Shown one piece after another: positions 48,000 through 62,758 of a DNA stretch of 64,000 nucleotides (position 1 is its first letter; every line of letters starts with the position of its first letter). Location of the stretch: assembly GCA_011109175.1 (NCBI GenBank), contig RDEW01000003.1, forward strand, positions 1,759,494-1,823,493. Reading direction: 5' to 3'. The translations under genes were made by a program, and so were the position numbers. The notes under the pieces were generated by a model that did not search any database, was not told the DNA's origin, and was given only the letters and a program-made list of their open reading frames with translations. Source of the DNA: Dicyema japonicum. Its lineage: Eukaryota > Animalia > Dicyemida.

Positions 48000-49170
48000 T
48001 TATTGTGAAGCTCTACAAGAGTACTTCTCATCATTTTCAAACCATTTTTGAAAGCCATAAATCAAGAATGGTTCGATAAAAGCTGTATACACATAAAGAA
48101 AAGTTTCCGGACTCCATTGAAAACGTAGAAGCGATTTAAACATCGCCGTAGCTTTTTTCCTCTTTTTCTTGATGTAATTAATGAAGTAACCCTTCGAGTT
48201 CACTTATCTCAAACTTTGGAGCTGCGAACTGAAGTCGATTGTCTTCTTAATCGACATCCAGAAGGTATTTGACTCTGTTCCGAAGAAGATCATCAAAAAC
48301 AAAATTTATTCGTCGAATATTGAGGCAAATTTTAAGTTATGGTTAGGAATTTCTTGAGCGGTCGCCGGGGCCGAGTACGTCAGGGTAATCGATGTTCCGC
48401 ATCGAGAATATTACAAAATGGCGTTCCTCAGGGTTCCCCATTATCTCCTCTCTTATTCAATCTCATGACGAATGACCTACCAATTCTACAAGATGACAGC
48501 GACATATCACTGTCCTACGCGGATGATATAGTTGTTGCATCGAAGGATGTGAGTATTATCGCGACAGCCTGATTAATCTGAGTTTGTGGCTTCATGGAAA
48601 CCAAATATAGCAAGTCGGAAGAAGTCAATTTGACACTTTTCAGTCAAACAGGAGACTGGGGAAACTATTAATTGGCGTCAAGTTAGACCAAGAAACAATT
48701 CCGCAAAACAAAACCCAGAAGATCCTTAGAGTTACCTTCGACACCTTCTTAACCTTTTCAACCCATGTTGAAAGAGTAGTAAAGGCTTGTATTAAGAAGA
48801 TCAACTTCATGAAGTTTTTTTGGGATCTAAGAGACTCCAAAAACCTAATAGATTGGATACCTTATACAAACAGTACATTGAACCTACAATTGTGTATGTA
48901 TATGCTTCTCAAGGACAAACTTTGTCGCGACGAATCTAACCAAAATCCATAATATTCAGTCAAAGGCGGCAAAATACTGAAGATGTCTTTTCGCAAGGAA
49001 ATCATTCCCAGAAGCTTCGAAAATATGGTTAATGCAGCTGGAACAATTTTCTGGCAAAGATTCATCTGTTTCAACCCCGTCCTTATCGCAAATTTGGCAG
49101 AACGCAGTCTGAACACAAGGAATAGATGCGAAGACTTCTGGGGCTTCTCTCTCCCAACCTTGTTATGACA
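48000..49170. mobile_element. Vingi-like RT fragments in opposite orientations
   Basis: Minus strand 48000-48330 (YTAFIEPFLIYG); plus strand 48339-49170 (GVPQGSPLSPLLFN, SYADD). Confidence 0.7.
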
Positions 49171-49199
49171 GCAACTAATCCAGGCTCTGCTTCGGAGAA

Positions 49200-49470
49200 G
49201 GCTGAGACTTTAAAGTTGAAGAAAATATATATTCAGGCATGACAAAGTCAATCATAGATTTCTGAACCACTCGCCGTGGAAACGTCAGGAATCGTAGGAA
49301 ACATATCACTGGTTCTGCTAAACAGAATCGGATCGCTCATCGCAAAGAGAAAATGATAGGAGAGAAAGGAGCTGGCATATTTAGCGAATTTCCTTGCAAA
49401 TCATCAGGGGAAATGCGTTCTCAATTATGAAAGCAGTCAGAGTTGTTAACTTAGTTTCTGCGTTAAATAA
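49200..49470 (+). mobile_element. CRE-like 3' fragment
   Basis: QIIRGNAFSIM matches the CRE C-terminus (AVIRENA). Confidence 0.5.
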
Positions 49471-49719
49471 TGTCTTAAGAGACCATGGTCACAGTCATAG
49501 AGAGACAACTCTGTCCATAATTAAAGTTGTTCAAGCAATAATTCGTGAAGTGGGGGAAAGAAGTCTTGGTACTAGCCACCTCCTATGAAAAGTGGGATCA
49601 TATGACGCCATATTAAATGAAAAAGAATCAAAGGGATAGATAATAGAAAGAGAACCTTCGATCATGTAGCCTTTAGGAAGACCCGAACCTAGAACCATTT
49701 TTAAATGTAGCACCTACCT

Positions 49720-50230
49720 GAGAATTTTTTGACCTTTCCTCTTCATCGATATACCAATAGGATTATTATAAGCAACACATAGAATCATTATCAGCTATAA
49801 TTCCATTCGTGCCACGTTTGTATGATCAGTTTCTCCCACCCTCTCCGCAGACTGCTGAGGTCTTCGTCCTTTAGTGACCTGTTCACTTGTCTTAAATCTC
49901 CATTAAGGAACATCACGAGGAACACATCTCGCTCCATTCTTATAATTTGACCAAATAGTTTCTAGCGAATCTACATGATCAGAGTGCTTAGAGGTCAGGG
50001 GAACATCTTTTGTATATTGTTTCATTCCTTATAAGCATCCAAAAGAAGTTGATTCCTATGAAAAGAATCCAACATTTGTCGTCGGTTTTATAGATTTCCC
50101 ATGTTCCAGAGTTATACGTAAGGATCGGTTTCACAAAAGCCTTATACAATCTGAGTCGGAGTGATAATCAGACTGCCCCTTTACTTGTTAGTTATATCAT
50201 TCAGAAATCTTGAGAGTTGGGCTTCAGAAT
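49720..50230 (-). mobile_element. RTE LINE fragment
   Basis: RLYKAFVKPILTYNSGTW and LFGQIIRM motifs. Confidence 0.65.
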
Positions 50231-50239
50231 ATTCCTTTA

Positions 50240-51050
50240 TTACAAAGTTAGAGGAGATTAAAGTCACTCTCCAGATTGTGCATTAAATTATATATTTTTG
50301 TCTGAATGATACAATTTAATAAACACATGTAAGATGCGTTTCTGTGGAGTCCGTGTTGAAAAGGTGCATCAGGAAGGTATAATTTGATTAGTTCAAAAAT
50401 CAGCTTTTCCAAAATTTTTGATGTAACACATAGGAGAGAGGTGATCCCTTTGGTCACCCGGGTTTCAGAATTGGTCGTATGTTTGATAGCTTCCATATCG
50501 AAGGAGTACAATCTTCTCTGATTGAAAAGTTAAAGATTTTGGTGAGGGGCATGATAGCATAGGGGCCTATGTTTTTTAGAACTATTGCAGGGATTCCGTC
50601 CGGACCACAGGAATAAGTCGACTTTAGACTCTTAACCATTTTCTGCACGCTCTCCACAGAGAGGAAAATCGGGGAGGTAGCTTTTTTTAAATTGAAGGTT
50701 AGGATGGATGGACCTTTGAATTTCTTGTGTGGGATGAAACTCGTGGAGGAATAGTACTTCAAAAGTTAGTTTAGGAAGATCTTGTTTTCCATTTCTTCAC
50801 GTGCGGGCGGTTGTCAGCGTTAATAAAGCTTATAAGTGTTTTCCACATTTTTATAAGGGAATTCTGCTTGTTTTTTCCAAACTTTCTCTTGTTTCTTCTT
50901 TGCATTGTTCCTGATCTCTCTTTCTAATGTACGAATTCTCAATCTTGTTTCCCAGGATTGTTTTTTGAGGCTTTTTAGGTTATTTCTTTCTTTTATGAGT
51001 GGATCGGCTCTGGGAGAAGGCATCTTTCTTGAGGTCAGTGGCCTTCTTTT
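50240..51050 (-). mobile_element. Vingi-like LINE linker/RT-start fragment
   Basis: [35 protein letters not shown]. Confidence 0.75.
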
Positions 51051-51054
51051 AATA

Positions 51055-53525
51055 CGTCCGACGACCAGGAGACCTGGCTAAAAATCCTTTTTCGCCCTGA
51101 TGGCACTTGGAATTCCATTTACTCAAAAAGAGATCAACGGAACACAGGAGAGAGTACTTGGGAACTCTCTTTCCTCAAAAATGAAGAACATAGGTTTTCT
51201 ATGCATTCTCTCACCAAGACGGAAGTCTGAAACCAAAACACCCTGATGCCAATCCTCCGGTTACTTTGAATGGCCCGGACAAACTTGGAGAGAGAGTAAA
51301 TCTTAAACTATTGAAGGCGACGTCCGAGCGGTGTTGCCAGCGACGATACTGTTATGGCGCGACGCCTGAGGTGCTTGAATTACTCAGACGATAACATCCA
51401 TGTCTCAGGCAGATTACCTACTACCCATTCGTGCTTCCGGGAAATTTGTCAAGGACGATTGTCACCGAAGGCGAAGTGCGCGCGGCATTTCGCTTTGCGG
51501 CGAGTACGGCAGGTCACATCAAAAATCTTACGGCGGGGGCTACTGCAAAAGCTGGCTGCAACCTTGTCAAATCAATTACAAAACTGGTTATGCGTAATTT
51601 GAACGGAAATATTCCTCTCCACGCAAGGAGCTTCTTTTTAGTGCACATCTACTGGCCTTCAAAAAACCCGAAGGTGGGGTCCGCCCCATCGGTCGCCAAC
51701 TATTTCAGAAGACTGACAGCGAAAATGCATGCTGTATAGTCCGTCTGAGAATATCTGAAGAATTTTTTCCCTCCAACTGGGGGTCCGTGTAAGAAACGGA
51801 TGCGAAGCGGCAGTGCATGCTGCGAGGTGTTTTTTTGGACAGAAAGACGAACAAAAACTACAAATTGGGGTCAAGCTGGACATCTGCAATGTCTTCAATT
51901 CACTGAGGAGGGATCATATTTTCGAAACTACAAGCAAACGAGCCCCTAAACTTATTCCACTTGTCTACTTCGCTTACGCAACAATTCTTCACTAATTTTC
52001 GGGGACAAGATTATCTGTTTGAAGACTGGAGTCCAACAAGGAGACTTGGTCCACTTCTCTTCGCTCTGGCCTACGATGAAATTGTCCGCACTATCAACAC
52101 ACAATTAATCCTCTGGTATCTTGATGACGCCATGATTGGAGGGCCGTGGAGAAAAGTTCATGACGTTCTGTCACATGCCATGCCGGTACTACGAAACCTC
52201 GGAATTAAGATAAATATAAAGAAATCGGAGCTAATAAATATCACATACTCAGAGAGTGATTTTATCAACGTGGTCGAGTCTTTCAACTCCGTACTACCTG
52301 GAATTACCGTCGTACCCAGGGAGCGGACATAATTTCTTGGGTGCCCACTTGACGAAAATGAATTGCGGAGCCATCTACTAACAAAAGAAGATGAACTCTC
52401 TAGAGTACGGAGAAACTTTTTTTACTCGATGCTCATACATCGAAAATCGTGACATCCACCTGTCACTGGATAGGACATTGAGAAAATCAGCCGAATTGCT
52501 TCTAAACATCCACTTTGACGTGCCGAGTTGGAATCAATGCAAGCTTCCTACACGCTTCGGAGGTACGGGTCTCAAGTCTTCGATGGAGATCGCCTTTCAA
52601 GAATATGTGTCATCGCTTTTAAGTGGAAGCCTTTTGGTCCAAAATATCCTACTTTTTCCAAACGGATTTTCTTGGGAAAAAGTCTTTGACGAAACTCGTC
52701 GCGAATAGTGTGAAACTGGTTTGGATTTGCCGAACGATCCTTCGAGGCAACGTGACTGGGACGAGATCTACTCCAAGAATATCTTCGATGTGCTAAAGTC
52801 TGAGGCCAACCAGCATCGTCTTGCATGCCTCGTGTCCGCCGCCAACCATGAGAGTGGAGCGTGGCTAGATGCACTCCCGTTTTTCCCTGGGGACCCTTTT
52901 GGACAATGACTGTATTCGGATTAGGATCCCACAACGCATGGGAGTTGATGTTTGCGTCGAACACCAATGTCGTTGTGGAGTGATCGTCGATGCCAAAAAG
53001 CTGGATCTGCTTTCGTGCGAAAGGAGTGCGGGCAGAGCACCCCGCCATGCTGCTATGAACAACATTTTCTGCGTGATTTTAATGCTGCAGGCTTCCAGGC
53101 AGTACTGGAGCTCGTGGGATTGGACCGCGGAAACGGGAAAAGACCGGATGGGTTAACTATCTTTCCGTTCACTGAGGGAAAATCGCTCGTATGGGACTGT
53201 ACTGTTGTGGATTCTTTCTCGAACTCGATGATACTCAGCGCAGTCTGCTGGATCGGCAGCCGATCTGGCCGAAAAAACAAGATTAAAAAAATGGCGAAAT
53301 TGGAGGCCGCTACCGTTTTGTACCTGTGGCAATCGAGACGTCTGGTGCGGCCGGAAGTATTACAGCCTCTTTCCTAAAGAAATCGGGGGAAATTGGCCCA
53401 CCGTAAGAAAGACGTGCGGGAAGCGGTCTGGCTGAGGCAACGAATTGGGATCGCAGTTGTCCGTGGAAACGCTTAGTCGATAATGTCAGCAGCTCTCCCC
53501 CATAGTTAATAAATAATATTTTGTT
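51055..53525 (+). mobile_element. 5'-truncated CRE-like copy
   Basis: Colinear with and highly similar to 45010-47630; many indels; no TSD seen. Confidence 0.9.
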
Positions 53526-53922
53526 GTTTTGAAAAATAAATAAATGTGATTAAAAAAAATTATCATTTTATCTAATTATTTTTCATGATAAATGTAGATT
53601 ATAAAATAATAGTCCAAAGTAGAACTTATGAAACAATACTTGTCCTTTACATTTCCTGGTTCACAAAACGTGTTAAATAAGACGGAACCTCCCTTCAAAT
53701 CCTCTAATTTTGAGCCAAATGGGAATTAAACACAGAATGTCGGCATATATGGGACTCAAAGATTATATAGCAATAATTAAATGTAATTTATTAAAAAATA
53801 ACTCCCTATAGAGAAAGGAATATGCTATTAATTAAAGATACCACTAGTGACACTAGGATCACTTAATTATACGATAACTTCTCTTAGTGGGTTAATGTTA
53901 TAAAGTAAAACTGATATAAAAT

Positions 53923-56140
53923 TTATTTATTTCCAGCAAAGACAACGAATGGTATATTTTTAACGTTAGTTCTCCATTGGGAATTTATACTCATAAAGGT
54001 CACATTTTCTGTCTCCAAATTATCAACACAAACTAATCCTCACCAAACACAAAACCTGTAAAATGACTATTCGACCTCGCTTTACACACAATCCTCGTGA
54101 CCCCAAATATTTTATACATATTCTTATGTCTACTTTCCTTTGGCTTGTTAATTCGTACTAAAATCACAACTATTAACTACACATGGACTTTTTGTCAGCG
54201 ACAACAAACTCCAAGGACAAAGAGTTATTGTCAACCAATTGGTTCCTCACCACAAAGGAAATCACGTTTATTTTTATGGTATATTTCCCTCCGTCCTTCT
54301 TTAATAGCTTCTCTAGTCGCTCATTCATGTCGTTTTTGTTTTCATCAAAGCTTATATCCACGTGCAAGGAAATTTTAGGTATATATGAATCGCTGATACT
54401 GCAAATGAAACCCTCAGGCTACCTCGCCTTTAATTCCTCAGAATTTTTGGTCTGTTTGCCAACCTTTAGGCCGTCATGTCGGTCATCATCCACACTAAAT
54501 ACACACAAGTAAACCAGAGGATGACTGCGAATTGGTAAACTTGAGAGAAAGTTCCTTAAGTAAAAAAACTCTTAAATACAGCAACAAGTGGGATGAACTG
54601 ATCATTCAATTGAGGGATCATCACTTCTGCGATGGGAATTCTGAGAACGTGGATAACCTTAGATAGGTAATTCTTGACCTTGCTCACAACTAGGGGATAT
54701 TAAAGAAAGATACATTCAGGAGTATTGAATGAAGACAAAATGCAGTCCAAGTACATATCGTCATGGGAGGCAATTATCTTGGCAATAGGACTCTCAGCTA
54801 AAATAGTAAAATTAAAAGACCGATCGGTATGTAGTAAAACACAAAGAACGACGTCCATATTGGGGCCTTAATGGATAGCTTGCTTATGTAGGAACGAACA
54901 AAGGTCGCCAAAAATGACTCAGAGACAAACAAGGCGATCCTCATTCGCCCAGGCTCGTCAACACTGCGGTCACATCTACAAGTAAAATACAATGGTTACA
55001 TTTGTTGCAGTCTTAGTACTAATTCTGTAATAAACTGATCAATCTGAAGCTGTGTGAGTACAATTGGAAGCTCTAGCAACGGGAAATGCTCAGAAAAGAA
55101 TTTATCCTAACAATTTTGACAGAAATAGACATTTAATAAGGAGTCTTCCTTTCCCTCTTCATAAATTGCGATGGAAGATGGGAGTTCTCTGTTATTGAAG
55201 AACATTGACGTGGACTAAGTAATAATAAACTATACATAGTCAGATTCTAGGAAAACTGAACGAGAGGTAAAATAGGGAATTGGAGGCTGGGAGATGGAAC
55301 TGTCGCTTGACAAAAAGTCAGATTTAAGGCTGGAGGATGAAGAGTGAAAAATATGTGGTCTATTAATTATTCAGCAATGTAAACTGAAGTCGGGGACGAT
55401 GAGAATCAGAAAGACTATGAAACGTAGAAAATCCATCCAATTCATTCATAATCATTTGGAGTTTCTTGGAATCATGCTCACTTCCAGCCTGAAATAAGCG
55501 AAAAATGACTGTAATGTTTAGTAAATCGTGATCTTGTGACCATTTTGAGCAACTTTGTCATTAATTTATGCTGTCTCTTAAAATAATTCCAAAAATTACA
55601 AAATTAGAAATCTTATCGTAGTTATCAAATTCTTCGTTCGTCAGTGCAGTACAGAGGTGAGAACTAACCGAAAGACTCAATTTGGCAGGTCCTTCGCAGC
55701 ATCCAGAAGAGTAGAGATCAATCCGGCGATCAAATCCTCGCTGATAGACCTCATCCAACGAGATTAGACCAGATGCAATAGTTTTGAAGCCCAGCATCTT
55801 CCGATTCTTGTAGGTCTTTCGTCGCTGAATCATTATAATCATTTTATTAGCTTCAACATTCTTGATGAAATGTTGGTACTGCAAAATAACACTTTAAAAC
55901 ACCTGGATTCTCCATTCCTCGTTGATGGAGATGTTTTTGCTGTCTTCAAGGTTAATTTCCGCGGTCCTGACTGTTTGACGTGTTCCCTAGAATAAAAAGG
56001 AGGGATACAGTCAATTTCACGGCAATTATAACAGATTTGACTTGGAGAAGTTGGGAGTACTCAGAAATGTCGATTTCTCCAACTCTGATTATGCATAGAC
56101 GAGTTATTGGAAATTTGTCCTTATCGGAGACGCCTGCCAT
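53923..56140 (-). CDS. PACS: Phosphofurin acidic cluster sorting protein, multi-exon
   Basis: SVIIAVKLT|GTRQTVRT, Q|[44 protein letters not shown]|[15 protein letters not shown] and [11 protein letters not shown] match the PACS1/2 N- and C-terminal regions. An open frame is obtainable using introns of about 21-31 nt plus one of 52 nt. Confidence 0.88.
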
Positions 56141-57124
56141 CCATTTTCCTACCAAATTTTCTAATTTTCTAAAAATAGTTTACTTTTAAAAAGCATGAAT
56201 AAAAGCAAATAAAAACGAAGGCATTAAATAAATATAATTGCGACAAGGAACATTAAAACCGCTAAAATGTAAATATGCAAAAATAGTCAATTTAATACTT
56301 CTCCATTTTTATATATTCTACAAAATGTACAAAGGAAGACACAAGACCAGGATTATAAAGATTAATTCGCTATTAATTTTATTCAAATTTTTTAATAAAA
56401 TAACAAAAATAAATATAACATAAAACTCGCATTCGTAGAATTTTCAGATATAATTAAACAATTAATTTTTAATAACAATACAAAAAATGTCGATAAACAA
56501 ATAATTCGAATAAACCGCATCAATAAAATCAAATTAGTTTTTTATATTCACATCATCACTTTGTTACTTATTTCATTTGATATATTGCATTTGCCTATGA
56601 AATCAATCAATTTTACATGACGTCCCCAATTAGTTAATTTGGCGGTTCTTAATTATTATGACTAGTTCCTCCGAAGGTTGATCTGGTGACGCACCTCCAC
56701 TGCACGGAATGTTTACTTTCCTTAATGATGATGAAAGGCCTTATCTTCCTTCTTCTCATGAGCAGGGTGACGGAATCAGGAGACATTTGAAATTCTGATG
56801 TATTGAACAGAGAAAATGTAGCATATACGTATGATTCGGGTTCGAATCTCTTCTATTTAAAGTTGAAATAACTCAGAGGATAATCTGTCACGATCAGCTC
56901 TGGAGACGACCATTTTAAGGAAGTCTCTTTGATGCACCATCAGCTAGGGGATAAGACTTTGATATTTTCTCTGAGGTGATAGAGAGATCTGGGGGATCTA
57001 TGGCTCCCAAGCGCATTCTATCCATGGTGAAACGAATTTTTTTGGATAGAAGTTTCAATAAAGAGACACGATATACCAGTGAATGGGAAAAACTTTAAGT
57101 ATTCCCATCTTATTTTGGATTTCC

Positions 57125-57360
57125 AAATGTACTAGGGGAAATCGCTTGAATAGCTAGCACGTTCGCGGAGGTTCTCTAAGCGGGTTGAAATAAGATTTCC
57201 GAATTGTTTAAAAAAAGCGTAGGACAAATATCCAAGGGCCCTGGAGGTCTCCATAGTAAAATGAACAAACGTCACATCACTGAGAAGGTCTGCATATTTT
57301 CGACGCTTATTTGATTCGATAACAGCCCTCCCGATAGTAGGTAAGGATTCCATTACTTAA
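57125..57360 (-). mobile_element. CRE-like 3' fragment
   Basis: ESNKRRKYADLLSDVTFVHFTMETSRALG resembles the RLE C-terminus. Confidence 0.65.
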
Positions 57361-57489
57361 ACCTACCTTAGACAGAACTCACACTTTATTTTAAGAAGTA
57401 ATAACAGTAGTGTTAATTAATCCAAGACATATTCAAGGCATGTGTCTTAACTTGTTCTTTTCTTTTTGTTTATGTGAGTTCCATAAGAC

Positions 57490-57615
57490 AATCCAGTTCC
57501 GTAGTATTGAAACACTGATGACGGCGTCACTCGTTAACATAAAAGCATCGTAGATGTGTGGAACCTTCAACCGAATGGAGAGAAGCGGATTTTAATCGGG
57601 AACTCATGATCTGCT
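57490..57615 (-). mobile_element. tRNA-derived SINE, partial copy
   Basis: Core CCACACATCTACGATGCT...GTGACGCCGTCATCAGTG is shared with 62759-62919. Confidence 0.65.
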
Positions 57616-58599
57616 GAATGAATAAGAAAAAAAATCATTTACAATGTACTAAAGCGTAAACTTTAAGAGAATATGTGTACTATAATAGTGTTCTTAATAA
57701 TAAATTTTATTGATAATCAATATTAAATAAAACCAAAAACAAAATTATTGCCAAAAATAGGGGGTTCTTTCTATTTCGTCTGGTTTGTGCAGCATCTTGG
57801 TGATATCGAGAATTGGATCATTTGGTTAGTTACTAGCTTTTTGGAGTGTCTGTGGTTGATTAATTAAAATTATTTTAAAGGATTTATTGAATAGCAAACT
57901 AAAATCATATATTATCTCAACCGAGAATAAATTGCGTTAAATCGGGAAATATGCGTGATTAAAGTAGAAATGCTGTTTAATCGCCATTATTTAGTTTTAA
58001 ATTTATGAAATTTTTTATTGGAAAAAAAGTAAGTCAGGAACCAGCTGCCAAGAGAAAGGGGGCATTGATGCTAACGATGACAATTCCAAGATGAAACCAA
58101 CGTCGCTCCCGAGAATCTCCTAAAATAGAGGAGATTACACTTCTGGAGACAAAAGTAGACTAATTAATAAAGTTTGAAATTAAGGGTAACTCAAAACAGT
58201 GGATTATTTAAATTTATATTGATTTTAAAACTTAGGACATGCATTATGGGTGCCTTTAAAATAATAAATGCAACCATAGTGCATGTCATATGTTTTAGTT
58301 CTTCACATATTTATTAATTGTTTGTTATGGATATGATTGCTTATAATCCTTAAATTCTTTCAATTTTGGGTCGGGTGGGATACTTTATCCATCTGTCTCT
58401 TCACTTCATCGCCTTGTTCAGAATTTCGAGTTTTCGGTGTATCCAAACCCCCCTGTCTATGCTCTAACATAAGGGGGAAATGTCAATGGCATTCATCCAT
58501 CATTAAACTAAATAGAAATTTCATAAATAGAAGTATCTCTACCAATTAACAACTATATTATTGCGACTGCCTTGCTTTCATTCCGTGTTCATGGGAGAT

Positions 58600-59130
58600 A
58601 GTGGCTGTTGGTTGGATTCCTGCCCAATCTAGGGATTTTGGTCAACAATAAGAGCCTCCTCAGTGGCATCTCAGATCACCTTGGTTTGGATGTTTGTAAA
58701 GCTCATAGTTGCCGGTGTGGGAAGGTGATTGATCGGAAAGGAATCCACCCTTTCTTCTACAAGAAGAGCCTGGAAGATTTCCTGGCAGACTAAATGATAT
58801 TATTAAACGAGGGCTGAAGCTGTTGGTTATCATCTATCATAGAATCTTCCCATTTAAGAAATAATGCTCTCCTGCTTGGGTTGTTACCCGTGTTGACACT
58901 GTTCCTTAAACAAATATGATTTCCACTACGAATTTAGACTGTCCTGTCGCTAATCCTGCCGAAAATAGAAAGTTAGTCAAATATTCTACGCTTTAGGACC
59001 GTTTTTGCTTTATCCCAATCGCGTTTATGAATTTAGGGATGCAGGGACTGCTACCAGACGTGTTCTCCCATAGATTGGCACGCTTCTATCAAGGCCCTGA
59101 GATCCTCGGGACTTTTTGAAAAAAAATCTA
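58600..59130 (+). mobile_element. CRE-like 3' fragment
   Basis: LGLDVCKAHSCRCGKVIDRKGIH knuckle and FIPIAF remnants. Confidence 0.65.
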
Positions 59131-61140
59131 AAAAAATTGCTCAATGATTTAAATGACGTTCTCCATTGTCGACAAACTCTCCATAAACACTCTAAACTTT
59201 CATAAACTTTATTCTAAACTAAATAGATTATTACCGCCTGTTGTACTAACTATAATCATAAATGTATGTCCTAAAAAAGATCATTTAAGCTCCTCCAATG
59301 CGTACGGCTTGATTTTTAAATCAAAAAATTAGTTTACCACCCCTGGCTCCTTTTCCACTCTAACAATGAAAACGTCCAAGCTCTTTGATCAGAATGGCAG
59401 GATATTAACCACCATTCAGTAGTAACATATACTTGTAACTTCCGACAGATGATCCACCGTTCTTTGATTTTTAATGAACGAAATTCAAATCATAGTCCTT
59501 TGTTCGTACATTTGTTCAGAACTTGGAATTTCAAAGGTATGTCATCACTACTACTTTTCAATCAACTAAAGAATTGTCTAATTGGTCTACTAAATCAAAT
59601 AAACAAAATTTATGTTGTTTTTCAATCAGTAAAATATTATTATTGCAAGAATAGCGATCTAATTCGGATTAAATGTCACCAAATATAGTTTTTTCATAGG
59701 AATATTAAATTATTGACTTACTCCTCTCAGACATATCAAAGGTCTTCCAATTTAGGTTCAATGGGATTTTAACACGAAAGTTCGCGTATCCGATGTCTTC
59801 TAAGTCCAAGAAGGGAAACATTAGGTTACTCTATATTGACATGGACATGAAGTGTATTATAGTGGACCAGATTTACTAGCTCAACAATCCAACCAATTGA
59901 CTACTATGCTAACTGGTCAATTTAAAGTTAATTTATATAAATATTCAAAGTAATGAGAATGGTAGGACATATATCATCTAAGGTTGTTGTGTATAATAAA
60001 TACTTTCAAGTCATTGTGTACATTGATTATTGACATAAGTTTTCTGCTAATCCATAATTTAATTAGCAGATTCTATTAGTGATCCTCAAGTATTTGTGTA
60101 TTAATAGACAAATAGCAAATCAAAGGCCATAGAGTCGCACTCTGTTTGTAGTAATCTGTATTCTCCATAATCAATCGCGTTGTTCGTTTGTGTCTCTTAG
60201 AGGAACCCAATCGATACTATGTAATTCCTTAGCTCATGAAAGAGATCTTCTAACAGTCGTTGATAAGTCCTGACAATTAATTCCATAAAGAAAAAGTTCA
60301 TATTTATGTAGTGCTTTTTTGACATTACAAGTGAGGGGCGTCACTGAATATAAATATTAGCTAAAATATTTATTTATCCCTGATCTCTTCTAGTGAAAGA
60401 AACCACTGTCTAACAGAAAGTAACTTCCATGTTTCCAAAGATTCGTTAGGTGCATCTGATGTGACGCAGAACTCGACGGCGGAAAAGAGAAGAGGTGCTC
60501 TTTTGGCTGTCAGATGACAGAAATGACAAAACGACCAAGTCAATTGTTTGATTCTAGTGCTTTTTACACTTTTTTGGATGAATTGGATGTGAAATTTAAA
60601 TTTATTGTAATACGATGAAATTAAATTGGATAAAATTTCGAGATAAAAATAAATTTAATATAAAAATAAATTTCACTTATTAATTGCTGATAATGTTGTT
60701 GAGTTTATATTTAATCAGTATTTCATACAAATTAACTTTAGTCCTCTTGCTGCTTTTTTATTTTTCTAGCAGACAATATGAATCAAAAACAACAGACAAC
60801 AAAACTTTTTTAGATCCTGAATATTGGCTGACATATCCAGTTTATAATTCATCGGACAGGTTTTGGGAAACAAAACATTTAAGATTTTTTCTAATTTAAT
60901 TATTTTACATTATTATTGTTTAATAAATAATTATTTGGTTTTTATCGTTTCAGTTTTGGCCTCGTGGTTCCATGTGGCCCCATATTCGCACTTTCCGAGG
61001 AGCCATATCAGTTATTGCTCCCCACAGGCAAACAAACAATTTATTTTAAGCAAAGAACAGTTATAATAGCTAATCGATGGAGGATCAATGAATGCTCTTC
61101 GAGTCTTTGTTTTCTTTTTCTTGGGTGTATCTTTTTAAAC

Positions 61141-62750
61141 CAGGGTTTCCCAAAGTTGGCGATAAGAAGTTCAAAGGGGGCGTTTATGAGTAAATCGTTT
61201 ATCGGGGGTGATTTTAATTTCAAGGGGCGATAATAAATTATTCGTAAAATTTATATCATATATTTAATTAATATAATTTCAGTATGGTGAACCTTTAATT
61301 TCAAATTGACACCAGCGTGATTTGCGGTCTATTTGTATAATTCAACAATGGAGCAAGAGACACTAAAAAAATTCGTCAATATAATATTTAATATTTAAAA
61401 TATGGTTTCATCGCATCTCCTAATGACGAAAGACGACCTTTCTTTTTATTATGCTCAAAGTCATTTTCTAACGAGGCTATGAAGCCTTCTAGATTAAGTC
61501 AGCATTTACGAAGGATTCTTATATTTTATTAAAATATAAGTCCATTCTAATAATTCCAACCAGCCGCTGACGTTTTTCCAAAAGTTACGGGGAAACAAAA
61601 AAAATCAACGGAGCCTGGAGAAAATATTCTCCAGTAATAATAAACGTAGTGATGATAATGTTGTTGCATCATATAACATCGCTTTACTTATCGGCAAGTC
61701 GGGGAAACCGCATACAATTGGGGAGGAACTAATAATACCATCAATTCATGAAGTACTGAAAACAGTATTGCACCAACCTATCCAGAATATCATTAAGTCG
61801 ATTTTGCTTAGCAACAATACGATACAAAGATTATTAACAAATATAGTTGCATGTGGAACTGATGAGGCACCTTCGATGATTGGTCGCTATGGCGGTTTTA
61901 TGGCATAGTTAAAAAACACGTACCAAATATAATGACTATTCATTGTGATCCATCGACAGCATCTGGTTGCTAAAACTACAAATGGTCGTCTACATAACTC
62001 TCTCAATGCAGTTATTTCTGCTATTAACAAAATTAAATCCAACTCTTTAAATTCACGTCATTTTTGAGAGTTATGTATTGAAAATGAAGATTTTATACGA
62101 CTATTAATATATACTGAAGTACGGTGGTTATTATAGGCGACTGTTTGGCGCAGATTTTCTCTCTTTTCAGCATTGTTGTAGAATTTCTCAAATCTTTAAA
62201 CTCTCAAATTGGCCCGGAACTAGAATCCGGATATTTTTGCTAAATTAATGTGAAATTAATCAAGGTATTATTTTTTAATTAATTTAGGCAAGGTCACTTA
62301 TTTCTGTTTTATTTCGTTGAATCTTGTTGTCAAGAGGAACTAATTATGTTAAAAAATCAATTTTGAAATTAAATCCACTTTTAAACACCGGTCATATCAA
62401 GATTTTTGGTTACAAAAAGATATTCCTAAAAAATATCCCATGTTATAGGAAAATCAAAATTGTTTTTATTGCTTTCCCCACTTCTTATTTGGTTGAGAGA
62501 GGCTTCAGTATTGTATCACAGCTACCAAAAAAAGAAACCGCTTGGACATTGTTGAAAGAGGAGATCTACGAATTAGGCTTACAAACATGAACCCAATATT
62601 GAGAAACTTGTATCTATCTTTTTGCAACATCATTGTTCACATTAATTATTAATTTTTTTATTTCCTACCTTATAGGATTTCCCGGTGGGGCGATATTTTT
62701 TAAAAGTTTGTTAAAGGGAGCGATGACCTGAATAAGTTTGGGAACCACTT
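61141..62750 (+). mobile_element. Buster/Charlie-type hAT transposon, degenerate
   Basis: TIRs CAGGGTTTCCCAAAGT and (C)AGTGGTTCCCAAACT; TSD TTTTAAAC / TTTTAGAC with central TA. Encodes YLKYGFI, EAMKPSRL, KPHTIGEELIIP, LSNNTIQR and SYLVERGFS. Confidence 0.88.
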
Positions 62751-62758
62751 TTTTAGAC

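Noticed and set aside
56830-56850. GGTTCGAATC B-box suggesting a tRNA gene
   Set aside because: No A box or cloverleaf, and it lies in a decayed LINE-like fragment.
60961-61030. Further pseudoknot head (GGTTCC ATG TGG...GGAGCC)
   Set aside because: Only P1 can form. P2, P3, P4 and CGAA are missing, so it is at most a decayed remnant.
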